Below, in pieces: positions 21,904-34,550 of a stretch of 64,000 bases of DNA. Made by a program: the position numbers and the translations under genes. The notes beneath the pieces are model-generated. The model was not told where the DNA came from and ran no database searches. It worked only from the letters and a program-made list of their open reading frames with translations. Position 1 is the stretch's first letter. Each line of letters opens with the position of its first letter. The stretch is from Diplonema japonicum (taxonomy: Eukaryota; Protista; Euglenozoa: Diplonemea), in assembly GCA_964019335.1 (NCBI GenBank), contig OZ025675.1, forward strand, positions 564,177 to 628,176. The letters are read 5' to 3'.

Positions 21904-23400
21904 TCAGTTTTGGTGCCAGCATGGTGAAGCACACCCGGCATGGTTGTAGCAAGCGTTGCAGCACCTCTCTGAAGAACTGTTTGCGCTCACCCAGTAAGTA
22001 TTCTCCACATGCGCGTCCTCCATGTATGACACAGCAGTCGCCACTACACCAGGGTTCTGACCAGCAAGATCGACCGACTCACTAATGTCGGAAACAAGGT
22101 CGTACAAATACATTTTCTGCTTGTTGGAACGAATGGCCTTCCACTCATGCTCGCCTTGATCAAACCGTACTGCCTGTATCCACCCTGGTGGGTACTGTTG
22201 TGGGAGGATACCGTTAATCGCAGACTCCATACAGAATTCCCAGTACAGGTACTCGTGTGTCTTGGTCTGTGCGTTGCCCTGGAGCAGATCGGCAACAGAC
22301 ACCCCGTCGGTAGCGATGGGAGGAAGACCCGCAAGCTCGACTGCGGTGGGGAGGAAATCCCAAAAAGCAAGAATATGATTCGACGACGTCGACGGCTTGA
22401 TGTGGTTCTTCCATTGAACAGCTATGGTCTGACGTGTCCCTCCTTCATGGAGGGATCGTTTCTTTCCCCTAAAATACCCAGGGTCATCGAAAACATCCAG
22501 CTGATGGTCGTCAGGACCATTGTCGCCTGAGAACCAGACCACCGTGTCCTCCTCAATGGAGAGATCGCGCAAGGTCTGCAACACGCTCCCAACCATGATG
22601 TCCTGTGCCCACACAGCAGAGGCGAAGTATCGAAGCTGTGCAGAGTACGACTCGTCGGAGAATTTCTCGTAGTACTGAAAAGGAGTAGGGTACTCGTTGA
22701 CGACACCCTTGAGGTTCCCACTGTGCGGGGTCGTTGTAGAAAGGTACAGGAAGAACGGTTTCTCGCCGTTCGCGTTGCGTTCGATGAACTCGACTGCCTT
22801 CTCGGAGTACAGATCATTCGCCCACTTGCACCCAGGGTTTGATTCCAGACACTTCGTCCCCAGGTTGGCAGGACCGTTGGCAGCGATCTCACACTGGTCG
22901 TCCGTTCCGTTCTGCAGCACTGAAGGGTACCAGTTGTGGCACGACACCTGGCTGTCCTGCCCGATGAAATAATCGAAACCCTGTGCCAGGGGGTACCCTG
23001 TTGTGTTGAAGTCGCCCAGTCCCCACTTCCCGACGAGCCCTGTAACATAAACTCCCTGCAGAGCCTTTGCAACAGTGATGTCCGTTGACAGCAAAGGTGA
23101 GTACGAGCCATCATTGCCTCTGATGGTACAGTGCCCCATGTGCAGGCCTGTCATCAAGGTGCATCGGGAGGGCGCGCAGACAGGGCCGGAGTAGGATCTG
23201 TTGAACTTGATGCCGTTGTCGGCGAGGGACTGGATGTTCGGGGTGGGGATGGTGGCGGTGGTCCTGTTGACTGGGTTCGAGATGGAGTAGTCCCCGAAGC
23301 CGAGGTCGTCGGAGAGGATGAAGATGATGTTAGGGGGCTTCCCCTCGACAGCAGCACAACACGCAAGGCACACTGCAACCACCGTCGTGAAATATCTCAT
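21904..23400 (-). CDS. Secreted type I (formylglycine-dependent) sulfatase, bacterial arylsulfatase-like
   Basis: Start MRYFTT... with a signal peptide. Motifs PNIIFILSDDLG, CAPSRCTLMTG (CxPxR), GKWGLG, GDNG and FRGKKRSLHEGG. Confidence 0.93.
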   Translation of the reverse strand: MRYFTTVVAVCLACCAAVEGKPPNIIFILSDDLGFGDYSISNPVNRTTATIPTPNIQSLADNGIKFNRSYSGPVCAPSRCTLMTGLHMGHCTIRGNDGSYSPLLSTDITVAKALQGVYVTGLVGKWGLGDFNTTGYPLAQGFDYFIGQDSQVSCHNWYPSVLQNGTDDQCEIAANGPANLGTKCLESNPGCKWANDLYSEKAVEFIERNANGEKPFFLYLSTTTPHSGNLKGVVNEYPTPFQYYEKFSDESYSAQLRYFASAVWAQDIMVGSVLQTLRDLSIEEDTVVWFSGDNGPDDHQLDVFDDPGYFRGKKRSLHEGGTRQTIAVQWKNHIKPSTSSNHILAFWDFLPTAVELAGLPPIATDGVSVADLLQGNAQTKTHEYLYWEFCMESAINGILPQQYPPGWIQAVRFDQGEHEWKAIRSNKQKMYLYDLVSDISESVDLAGQNPGVVATAVSYMEDAHVENTYWVSANSSSERCCNACYNHAGCASPCWHQN

Positions 23401-23420
23401 TGCAACCTCCCCTTCCTTTT

Positions 23421-23455
<35 letters not shown>

Positions 23456-23597
23456 TGTCCTCCCTTCAGAATGGTCCTCAACAATGAGGAAAAATTCAAA
23501 AAATTCAAAAAAAAAAAAAAAAAAAAACCACACGGAAAGAATTACCACAAAAAAGAGCTGGGAGGGGGGGGGGGGGGGGGGGGGGTTGGTACCCCAA

Positions 23598-24518
23598 TCA
23601 CAGTTCCAATGCAAGGAGCGTCTTCCCGGTTGTGACAAGGATCACATCCCTGCCGCCGAGGTACGAAACGTCCAAATCCTCAACGTACTGGGGAACGGTA
23701 AAGGTGGCCACCACCTTTAAATCTTTCGGGTTTGTGATGTCCACTTTATGCACAAGCCTGTCACAGGCCACATAAAGGACACCCGAAGGGTTGGAAGGAG
23801 AGTACTTAACCGCCAGCCCACTCCCAGAGGGCACAGTACCCAAAAGTGACAACGAACGTGTCGCCGCATCATAAGAAGCAAGGCCAAGACAAGTCCCAGC
23901 ACCTGCAAATGCGAGAGTGGCACCATCTGACGACACCTCCAAAGCATTGCCACCATACAGCTGTGGGATAGATTCCATGGATGCAATCTGCGTGGGTGCC
24001 GCAGGGTTGGAGACATTTAAGACAGCTAGGTTGTCTGTTCCTAAAATAAACGCTGTTTCTTTGTGGACTGATATGCCGTTCGAGACCAAGTTGTCGATCT
24101 TCCCGATAATGGTGGAGGGGAAGTGTAAGATGTCAAGTTCCTTGTGTGTGATGTGCTCAATAGTTGAATAGATGTACATGTCCTCTGACTGGTAGTACGC
24201 CATTCCGATGCCTGATAGCCCGTGCTTGTACTGGGAGATGTGTTTGGGTTGTGTGCTGTCGGTGATGTTGATGAGAAGGGCGCTTTCGCTGCAGAGGACA
24301 CCGACCTGTCCGGGGGCGCCTAGGACTACCCCTGCGACGCCAGCTGTGGTGCCGCATCCGGTGGATGTGCCCATGGTCTTGCCGTCTGATAGAGAGAGTA
24401 CCTTGAACCCATCTGCGCTTGCCACGTACCCTGCTGATCCGTTGGCGGCGAGGGAGCCCCCGGGACCCACTGTGATGTTCCATAGTAATGTTGCCGCTAG
24501 TATTGCTGCCGTTGACAT
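23598..24518 (-). CDS. Secreted beta-propeller protein with LVIVD-like repeats
   Basis: Probable start MSTAAIL (the upstream ORF extension is homopolymer read-through). Repeats LLINITDSTQP, LAVLNVSNPAAP and VHKVDITNPKDL. Confidence 0.65.
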   Translation of the reverse strand: MSTAAILAATLLWNITVGPGGSLAANGSAGYVASADGFKVLSLSDGKTMGTSTGCGTTAGVAGVVLGAPGQVGVLCSESALLINITDSTQPKHISQYKHGLSGIGMAYYQSEDMYIYSTIEHITHKELDILHFPSTIIGKIDNLVSNGISVHKETAFILGTDNLAVLNVSNPAAPTQIASMESIPQLYGGNALEVSSDGATLAFAGAGTCLGLASYDAATRSLSLLGTVPSGSGLAVKYSPSNPSGVLYVACDRLVHKVDITNPKDLKVVATFTVPQYVEDLDVSYLGGRDVILVTTGKTLLALEL

Positions 24519-25012
24519 CTCTTTTTTTTTTTTTTTTTTTTTTGCTTGGAGGGGGTGAATTTTTTTTTGCTCCGGGGGGGGGGGGGGGGGGAAATAAAAA
24601 GAATAAGAGAAATAAAAAAGAAATAAAGATCCCAGATCCCTTATTTTTTTTTTTGTCATTCAAATTCCCACATTTGGATCGTTAAAATTGGATTTTTTTT
24701 TTTTTCTGATTTTTTTTTTTTTTTTTTTCCCACCGGTACCTCCTCTGGAAGGAAACCTACTTCGGTCCAATAAAAATAAGGATCTAGGATCTTTTCAAAA
24801 AAAAAAAAAAAAAAACCTGAGAAAAGAAAAGAAATATGAGAGGAGAATAAACAGAGAGGACAGGAGGAGGGAAAAAAAAGAGGAAGAAGAAAGAAGAGGG
24901 GAAGAAAAGAAAAGAAAAAAGCAAACAAAAAAAGAGAATTAGGCAGCGACCCTTCATGACTTAAAAGCAGCCTCACCGCCGCCTTGCTGAAGTGTACGAG
25001 TTATATTCTTTG

Positions 25013-25054
<42 letters not shown>

Positions 25055-25439
25055 CATTCCTCTTTTTTTTTTTTCCCTTCCTTTTTTTTTTTTTTTTTTT
25101 TTCGTTCGTGTTGCTTTCTTCGGGAAGGTGAAGGGAAGATATAATTAGGAACTTTTTTTTTGGTTTTTTTTTTTTTTTTGAAAAGTGTTGAGCAATAGCA
25201 AGCAGGTGACACATGCCATTCCTTATATTTTAAAGATTGGCTACACCTACTTCAGCACCATGCATAGGGGGGAGGGGGTGAGTAGGAAAAGAATAAATAA
25301 ATAGAGTTACTTGCTTTTTTTTTTTTTTTTTTTTTCGCTTTTTACCGCTTTTTTCCCCCCCTTTTTCTTTCTCCCCTTGTTATTCTTGTAACTTTTGACT
25401 TAACAAAAACAAAAGGCGATGTTTAAGGGCAAATCCCAC

Positions 25440-27198
25440 TCGAGGACCACCCTTAGGGGGGGTGGGGGTCTATCTCTTGATGCTTCCTTTTTGGAGCCTC
25501 GCTTTCGTTCCGATGGCGGATACCAGTGTCTTTCGCAGACGGTTGATGCGGTCCTTCTTCAGGTTGGTCTTCAGCTCTCTTAGCCTGTCCTGGGTTTCTC
25601 GTGAGGCGAAGATCGGTCTCCTTGCAAAGCCTATCGCCGCCTTCCCTCCTATTGCCATGAGGGACTTCACTCTCGTTTTGTTCTTCGCCGGGAAAGGCCT
25701 TTTCCTTCCTTGTAATGCGCACCTGTCGTTCACCTTTTGGATCAGTTTCTTGATCCTTCGCGCCTTTTCATCCTGCGTCATTCCCAGCGATCTTCGTGTC
25801 GTCGCTTCGAAGTCTAGGGCTAACTCCACCGCCGTCACCTCCGACGTCGTGTCTTCTTTAACCCATCTTAGCTCCGACATCCATTTCAACAGCGACTCCG
25901 CGTACATCCGCAGTATCCCACTTGTCGTCCCGAGCTGTTCCAACGTCGGCGTCAAGTGCTTTACTCCTACCACTTTCCGTTCCCACGGCAGTTCTCCTCC
26001 AAAATCCTCCACTTGGATCAGTTCTTCATCACGTTTTGCTACTATCATCGCCAGGTACCTCTGCAACCTCTCCAGGTGTGCAAATCCGTGCCCCCTCGGC
26101 AAGATCCCGTGCAGTTCCAGGCAGAGAGGCCAGCCCGACCTGTCGCGTAGCGGTTCCAACCCGTCCCTCGCCAGCTCTTCCAGCGCAAGTGGGCATTCGT
26201 ACAGCTGGTGCCGTAGCAGCGTCACTGTGTTCTGGTGTACTGCTGTGCATATGTCGCATCTATAATTCTGAGGAAGCATTGTCTCTCCGGGTGGTCTCCC
26301 GTCCTCTCTTTTCAAGTCATCATTGTCCGGTTCCTCTTCCTCACTTGCCGGGTCGAGCGGAACGGTTTTCGGTCCCGCACTGGCGTGTGGGCTTATGTAG
26401 GGGACTGCTCCTGCTATGATCCTCCTGATCTGGTAGGCTACCACCGGATCCCTCTCCTCCTTCCACAGCCTATTCGTTTCAGGGTCAGCCCCAGCCTCGA
26501 GTCCTCGTACCGTGCTCCTTTCCTTCGTGAGGTCCCCGCACCGGGCCTTCCTCACAGCTTCCCTGAAGACGTGTCCTCTTTCTGGCCATCCCATGTTCTT
26601 GCAGTCCGTCAATCGGCTCCAGCTCCATCCGATGTACGGCAGCCATCTTTTCATCAGGTTCCCAACCGGACCTCTTGGCGCCCCCCCTTCCACGTAGCGT
26701 TCTGCTATTTTCTGCAACCTTTGTCGCAGTCCTTCCTTTTCCATGCCCTCGGATATCATTTTGAGGGACCGGTACGCCACTAATGAGGTAGGGTCGTTGG
26801 TGTGTCCCTTCAGCAGGACTGCATTCACAGCAATAGGCGAGCGGCCACGGTGGTGGGGGCCCCATAGGCATACTGTGATCCTCGTCGTCAATTTCTTGAT
26901 CGTTTCCTTATTCGGCGGTGAGAAGGGGCTCGCGTATAGGCAGGAGGGCAGTATCGACGAGCTCACAAAGTGCGCTTTGGTTTCGAAGGCCAGGTTCGTG
27001 TTCCCCAGTCTATCCAGGGACCCGAATGCTTTGGTCGATGGGGCGTTCCATGTCGTTCCTGCTTCCATGCTCAGCTGCACCCCGAGTGCCTTCAGGCTCT
27101 TTACCGTTTTGTACGGCACTGTGACCTCAACGCCCTTCCGGCTCTCCTTTCTGTTCCCCAAGACCTCGGATTTGAACCCTCTCGCCGTGCCGAAGGCA
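25440..27198 (-). mobile_element. 5'-truncated non-LTR retrotransposon (post-RT region still open)
   Basis: SSILPSCLYASPFSPP, RRIIAGAV, CDIC..HQLYEC, LHGILPRG and ELALDFE all align by eye with the 4170-7220 protein. Confidence 0.9.
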
Positions 27199-27740
27199 AC
27201 AAAACAAAAAAAGAAAAAACAACAAAAAAAAAAAGACAAAAGTATGCACAGAAGTATGTCTTTCTTCTATTTCAAAAGCTTTTTTTTCTCTTTTGTGCAA
27301 CTCAACTGCAACCGTTTTTTGAGAGCTGATCGGACAAACCTTAGTACTATAGCCTGAATTTGGAAATAGGGGAAATCTTTTTTTTTTTTTCTTCTTTTAT
27401 TTGTAAAAAGTCTAGATGTCTACCACAGAGGTCCTACCTTAAACCACTGTGCTTCCTCTGCGGTAAGAAAGAAAAAAAGACAAATGGAATAAAAAAGAAA
27501 TGCAATTTTCTCAGATGTCAATTTTGAGTTTGAAAACTCCGGCTTTTTCTGTCAGAAAAAACAATCATATAGGCATAGAATGGAACTATTAGAATATTTT
27601 CTTTTTTTTTTTGAATCCTTTCCCTTTTTCAGGTTTCATATATAAGCACACTGCTCTTCTTGGTTGATGTTGCATTTTCCACAAAAGAAAAAAAAAGGGG
27701 GGGAGGGCGCGCGCTTTTATTCGCATCACATATTAGGTTT

Positions 27741-27773
<33 letters not shown>

Positions 27774-28563
27774 TTTACTAATAAATGAGTAGATGATGGT
27801 TCTACTAGAATTTTGTTATTTTTTTTCTCTTTTTTTTCTTTCTTTCTCCCTCTTTTTTTTTTTTTTTTTTTTTTTAAACTCCAAATCTTAATATCATATT
27901 TAAGTCCAAGCGCTGTGTAGCCTGTGCTGCCCCCAACCCCTTAAATAGGCTCTTGGATATTGTATTTTTGATGTATTTTGATATTCGCATTTCTGGTAAC
28001 ATTACAAAACAATTACACTACAAAAAAATGAAATAGAAACAGCTTTTTTTCCTCCCCTCCTTTTTTTTTTTTTTTTTTGAAGAAATACAAGATGAAAAGG
28101 GGGGGGTCACATGGTAGTAGCAAAAATGGGTTTTTTTTTTTTTTCAATTTCGCCAGTGCCACGCCCCCTTTTTTTTTTTTGACCAAGGGGGCATTATTTT
28201 GCATTTTCTTTTAAAAGGTGACCACGGTTTTGTATCTTCTGAAATTTTTTGTGTTGATTTTTTGAACTTTTCTGTGTTTTGCGCGGCATTTCAGATGAAT
28301 ATCTATCATTTTCCCGAGGTTAGGATGGTAACAAATAAAGCATTAACAAGAGCTCAGTAGCCCTAATCCGTCGGTTTTTGATATTTTGGTCATTTTAGAG
28401 GGTATTGGATGGCTTTACCTTAGAAAAAAATCTTTTTTGAAAGCTTTTTTTTTCTTCACTTTTACCACGTTTTTTAAGGGGCATATAAAAAAAACCCCCC
28501 CCCCCGAGGGCTATGCTACTTAAGGAAATGCGTTTCCTTTTCAGAGGAAACGTGTTCCCTTCT

Positions 28564-28668
28564 TAAGGAAACGGCCCCAAAATAAGGAAACGGCCCCAAA
28601 ATAAGAAAACGGCCCCAAAATAAGGAAACGGCCCTAAAATAAGGAAACGGCCCTAAAATAAGGAAACG
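28564..28668. repeat. 19-bp minisatellite, ~5.5 copies
   Basis: Unit TAAGGAAACGGCCC(C/T)AAAA, flanked by further GGAAACG/CGTTTCC motifs in both orientations. Confidence 0.9.
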
Positions 28669-28816
28669 TTTTCTGTTTTCGTTTCCGTTTTCCTTATTTT
28701 CAAAAAGAAATAAAAATAAAAATAAAAAGCTTGGAAACGTTTCCTTAGGAAAGAAGAAGAAAAAAAAGAGAGAGAAAAAAAAAAAAAAACCAGTTACACA
28801 TGCTGCCAGTACATCG

Positions 28817-28848
<32 letters not shown>

Positions 28849-30522
28849 GTAAAAAAAAAAAGAAAAATGAAAAGGAACCAGGCACTGATCTGAGTTCTTT
28901 TTTTCACCATACCACTCATCCTTGACTAGGACGCAGGCTTCTGTGAACTTGTTTTCAGCATGTCAGCAAGCAATCTATCCAGGCAAGCCGGGTCCATTGC
29001 TTTTGGGCGTTTTAGTGGAGTCCTGCTGCAGCAGCATACTGTTGTGCTTGCCGTTGCAGCAATGTGCTGCGGAGATGAAGAGCGGGAAGAGGTACCCCCC
29101 CCCCCCCCCCCCCCGCTAGAAAAGTGCCCAAGAAAAATGTCCGGGATAAGAAAAAAAAGATTTCTTTTTCTTTTTTTTTAAAACACATTCGGACTCTAGT
29201 TAATTCAATACCAACGCCACATGGATTGATGACTGTAAGAAAGATCGGATTCTGTCTGCTAACCAGACATTTTTCACTTACAGCACTTTTTTTTTTTTTT
29301 TTTTTTTTCCAAAATTTTATTTTTCTCTCTTTTTTTCAGAATTTGCAGGTGCATCGCTTCCAGTAAACGAGAAGACTTCTGATAAGTGCCAACTTTTACT
29401 GCGAGAAATACAGAAAACACCATCAAAAACCACTTTTTTTTTTTTTTTTTTTTTTCTTCTTTCGATAAAAAAAAAAATAAAACAAGAAATAAAAAAAGAT
29501 CATAAGGAACAGAACACAAGGAAATAACTTTTAATAAAAAAAAAAAAGAAAAAAGAAGAGAAAAAAAAAAAAGAGAAAAAAGAATGAAAGTAACATAAAT
29601 TGCGTGAAGTCTCTTGTGTAGTCAAATAATTTATTTCTTCATTCGTGGGGCGGGGTTCCTTCCTTTTTATCTTTTTTTTTTTCTTTTTTTCTTTCTTTCT
29701 TTCCCACGGTGTAACTACATTTCGACAAAATAGGTATAATATAGCTGCTTAAGAAAGCATATGTGTTTAACTCTGTTGTTAAACGATATAAATCTTGATG
29801 TTCAAAAATCTTTTTTTCTTTATCGTTTTTAACCAGAAAACGCGTTGCGGCACATGGCAAACAACGAAAACCTTATTGCGGCTTGAGTGCCGCCCTCTCT
29901 TCTTTTTTTGTTTTTAAAAAGTAACAACTCGTATATGACTGGTGATCCGTAGATCCACGGTTGCATCTTGGTGGATCGCGCCAAGCTTTGTTTTCTTTTT
30001 TTTTCTTCTTTTTCTTTTCTTCTTTTTCATTTTTTCTCCCCCCCTCATTACTTCATGGCTTCATGAGGGTAATTAAAATCAACCTGCGGTTGTTGATGGG
30101 GAAAAAAAAAAAAAAAAGAAAAAAAAAAAAAAAAAAAGCAAGAATGTCCTCGTGACACAGGAACCACAGCTAAGGGCATTCCGTGTCAGGACCTTTTAAA
30201 AAAAAAAGTTCACTATGATAGGAACGAAGTGGTTAGCAACGGCCCGCCCAAAAAAAATACAAAACGTAAGGGGGGAGGGGGGAGGGAAAGAGAAAAGTAA
30301 CAGCTTCTGAAGAAATGGCCTATAGCCCTCTTCCCTCCTCTCCCTCAGTGGGGAAAAAAAAAATAAAGTCAAAATAGACCACAAGAGGAGAGGGTGGGCT
30401 GGGAGGGGGGGGCACAGGCGCCTGTTGCAGCAAGCATGAAGATAAGGAAGGAAAAAACCATAATTAAAACCTGAACACCAAAAGATGAATAAAAGGGGGG
30501 AAGGCAAAAGAATAAGAATGGA

Positions 30523-30838
30523 ATGGTCATGTTTTTCCCCAAGAAAGTCTTAAACCGTTTGGCGGAAAATCCTTATTTCTGCCTCGAGGAACCCCTAGCC
30601 CGACCTGCTTTTTGGATGGAGAATGTAAATCTGGATCCAAAGACACCAATTTTCACCATTGGGCCGGGGCAAACCGTCACCGGCCATTACCTGCAGAGGG
30701 AACGATCTGATCCCCGCCGCATATACCTTAGTGGTAACCAGAAACCCAAATAAAATAAAATAGAAAAGAATAACTTTTTTTCTAATGAAAAGCTACGCAA
30801 GGAATTGAAAATCTTGTTACTATTCACATGGGGTCCCG

Positions 30839-30870
<32 letters not shown>

Positions 30871-30909
30871 TTTTGACCAAACGTCTAACTTTTGGGGAAA
30901 CGCGACCAT
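30523..30909. mobile_element. Possible MITE
   Basis: Imperfect terminal IR ATGGTCATGTTTTTCCCCAA / TTGGGGAAACGCGACCAT. No clear TSD. Confidence 0.35.
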
Positions 30910-31965
30910 ATGAAAAAAAAGGGGGGGGGGGAAAGGGAAGAAGAGAAAAAACTATAATTGGGAAGGATAGTTCTGCAGGTGGTCGGGGCTAAAAAAAAAA
31001 AAAAAAACAACACTTAAAAACGTGCCCTTCCCCCCACCCTTTTTTTTTGCTCTTGCCCTGCACGAGAGAGAACAGAAACAAAACAAAAAAAGAACGAAAA
31101 AAATAAAAGGAGGTTGCAAAGACACTAATTGTTGCTGTCGGGCCCGCTAGGCGGATAAATGTTAGCCTAGAGCATTATGGCTCGTTCTGCTATTTCTAAA
31201 TTACTATGTTCAGCTGGATTTAGGGCCGAAGCGTTACAAAATGTTAGCTTGATTTTCATCTCCCCCCCCCCCCCCCCCCCCGTGTTTAGCATCAAGCCGA
31301 CAAGAAATGACCAACAAATAAAATAGTGTCTAAGCCAAAAAAAGCCATAGAGAGGGGGGAGAGAAGAAGTAAAAGATGGGGATATTTTCATAAGAATAAA
31401 AGGATTGCATCCTGGGAGTCACATATAGTTATTTTTGTTAACAAAGCCCTTTGTTTCCTATAACATATTGATGAAAGGTGTTCCTCTTTTTTTTTAAAAA
31501 GAGAGAATTAAAAAAAAGGGGGGGAAAAAAAAGTGTTTTTTATTTTTAATTTAAGAAGCCCCTACTCCTTTTTTTTTTTTTTTTTTTTTTGTTAAACCCT
31601 GTTTTCCGTTCTGAAATGATTTTTTTTTTTTCAGGAGGGGAAAAAAAAAAAAAAAAAGGTGAAAACAATAGGGGGAAAGAAAAATAGAGGAAGAAAGGGG
31701 ACAAATACTACTAACGAGTCCTACACCAGAATATGCTCCTTTTATTCAAAGAAAAAAAAGAGAGAGGAAAAAAAAAGGGGGGGAAAGAGGAAAGGGAAAA
31801 ATATAAAAAGGTTGAAGAAAGAACATAAAAAAGGACCACCAAATAAGGTGGCCCGCAACTATTATAAAACTTTCTTACTCGAAAACGGCAGCACGAAAGA
31901 AGAAAGAAAATAAATGCTTGGGACCCGTCCCTAAGGATGAACCTATATAAAGGAAAATCTCCACC

Positions 31966-32089
31966 AGTCTGTTGATTGTTGTTTGTGCACAGCCGGGGTT
32001 AACCTGTAGAAGGATAAGCCCAACAATGCTACCACTACTCTTTTTAGCAATAACAATTCATTATCAATATATTGTTTTTTCTTGTTTAA
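31966..32089 (-). repeat. 124-bp dispersed repeat, copy 2 (piggyBac target)
   Basis: Near-identical to 11414-11537 and ends in the TTAA used by the piggyBac. Confidence 0.85.
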
Positions 32090-33881
32090 CCCATAACACT
32101 CCAAGGCGCAAATATTTGTCGTTTTGAAAAATCGTTTTTTTTTTCTCTATGTACTTTTTAGTCCCCACGACCCCTGGATCTCCAAGAACGACTATAGTGA
32201 GGAGTTATTTTCAACTGCATTTCATGCTGCGCTGCGTCACTTTACCTTGTTATCCACCCACCAAGTGGGTCCCAAATCCGAGTAGATAGGCTAAAAACGC
32301 AAAATAACGGGTGTGCATACTGTGTCCAAATTGTTCCCAAAAAACGCAAAGGTAAAGCCAAAACAGCTACGGACGAGGTCCAACCTTCATGGGTAAGGGA
32401 GTTGGTACCCATAGAGACCATACAATAGGCCAGTGGGGAGAAAAAAAGCTGTCCCGTGGTACGCAGAAACCTGACGACGCAAAATGGTTATTCCTTTCGG
32501 TTTTTTTATAAGAAGCTCACAGACATCATCCAAGAAGAGACAAACAAGCAAAAGGACGCTGAGATTGATAAAATTTCGACCCAAGACTCCACCGCTTACT
32601 CGGATTGAGCATTGCGATGGGTTTACGGCGTGCCCAGAATCAGCAGTCATATTGGTCCACAGGACCCATGAAAATCCCCCTTTTCAGTAACACGATGCCC
32701 AGGAGGAGACGCTACTGGGAAATCAAAAGTAGCCTCCACTTCACTCACACAGAAGAGTCAAATGGTGATGTGTTGTGAAGATACGAGGGCTTCTGGACAG
32801 AATTGGTGACAAGTGGGCAAAAGCAGCAGTGCCAGGAAAATATTTAAGCATTGACGAGACACTCGTACCTTCACGGGGCAATTGGGGGGCTGCGGGTCTA
32901 CTATCCTCTCAAGCGTAAAAGATATGGCATAAAAATCAACTGCTTAAACTGCACGAGCACGGGTTATCTTTTGCGTTTTCACATCCACGCCACCAAAATC
33001 GAGGGGCACGCACTTGAAGATTTCAGTGTTGTGGAAAAAGCGGTGCTGGGGTTAACAGAGCCTTTCCGGGGAAATGACAACACGGTAGTTTGCGATAGCT
33101 ACTTTTCGACTGTGGGTCTGGCCGAAGCCCTGTGAAAAAACTTTGAGGGCTTGCATTTCGTTGGGGTGTTGCGGACTCTCCTGGTGGGCCCTAGAAGTGA
33201 CAATAGTTAACTGCCATGCACTTCAAATAAAATATGGTTCAGGGATGCCAAAGAGATACACAACCCTGGCTGCTTTTAAAGAGCGCTTTCGAGAGAGCCT
33301 AATTGATGGGTCCAGCGTTGCAAAAACACCACTCCCGGCACCCAACTAGTGGTGCACACACCCCCGATACCCCAGATTACACCAAACGTGACCGCTAGCC
33401 ACTCAAAGGGAGCACCTCCAGGGTCTGCAGGTTGAAAGGATGCACAAAACGCACAATTTACAAATGCTACACCTGAAACCAACACCTCTGTCCAAATAAG
33501 TGCTTTTTTCGTACCACTCTTCCATCACCCCAAAAAGGCCTCTTGACGATTTCGAGGCCGATATTCCACCCGCAAATAGGCACTTCTCTCGGTCTGAGAC
33601 ATCTGAGGGGTCCTGATGCTGCCTTTTTTGTCCCAAGATGCTCAATTTACACCCCCCCGTGCACAACCCATTTTGACATGGTCGTTTTTGAGCACCCTAC
33701 GGCCATTCAACTCTTCATCCCCTTTGTATTTTTATTAATTTTTGAACTTTTTTTTTAATTTTCCTGGTCCAAAAAACCCGTTTTACCTGCAAACGGGGGT
33801 TAAATGCTGCATTTTCCCCTCAAATTATGAAAAGGAGCAAAAAAGGGACACCTATGTAGATAGGCCCCGGAGCGTTATGGG
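32090..33881 (+). mobile_element. piggyBac-superfamily transposon with decayed transposase
   Basis: TTAA TSDs at 32086-32089 and 33882-33885. TIR CCCATAACACTCC / GGAGCGTTATGGG. Broken frames give YLSIDETLVP, YYPLKRKRYGIKI and VVCDSYFSTVGLAEAL. Confidence 0.92.
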
Positions 33882-33888
33882 TTAAGGG

Positions 33889-33938
<50 letters not shown>

Positions 33939-34509
33939 TCGATAGTTAGAGGCAAGATTAGCCCACGAGGACGGCAGCCCGCTTTTTCTTTTTTTTTTTT
34001 TTTTTTTTTTCTTCTTTTTTTTTTTTTTTTTTCATGGATACCAAGAAAGACTCAGAATCCATCAGAAGGTTGTGCAACTGAATTGCAGTCCAAGCGTGCA
34101 TAGTGTTTCAAACTTCTCTAAAATCCATAAATGATCCTGTACCAGGTGGTGCTGGTGTCAGGTTTGCATACACTTATAGAATGGCTCCCCCAACCCACTT
34201 TTTTTTTTTTTTTTCCTCCTTTCCCGTTCCCAGTCCACTTTTTCTTTTTCAAAAAAAATTATTTTTTCGTTTGATATATATATTTTTTTTTTCTCGGGGG
34301 GTGGGATGGGGAAGAGAGCAGGAGAGCCTCGAGAAGGAGAGAATAAAAAAAAAAAAAAGGTTTGCATAACTGCAAGAGGAAAACTCTCAGCACTAGCGTT
34401 TAATAGCAGTAGTAGCTTTATCACCCCCCCCCCCCCCCCCTGGATTTTCGTTTGTCGAAACGTGCAATAGTCGCAAGCCGATTACAGGGCCCTTCAGTCA
34501 GTGACACCC

Positions 34510-34550
<41 letters not shown>

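Noticed and set aside
28564-28668. CRISPR-like or telomeric array
   Set aside because: A spacer-less 19-bp minisatellite that is not TTAGGG-based.
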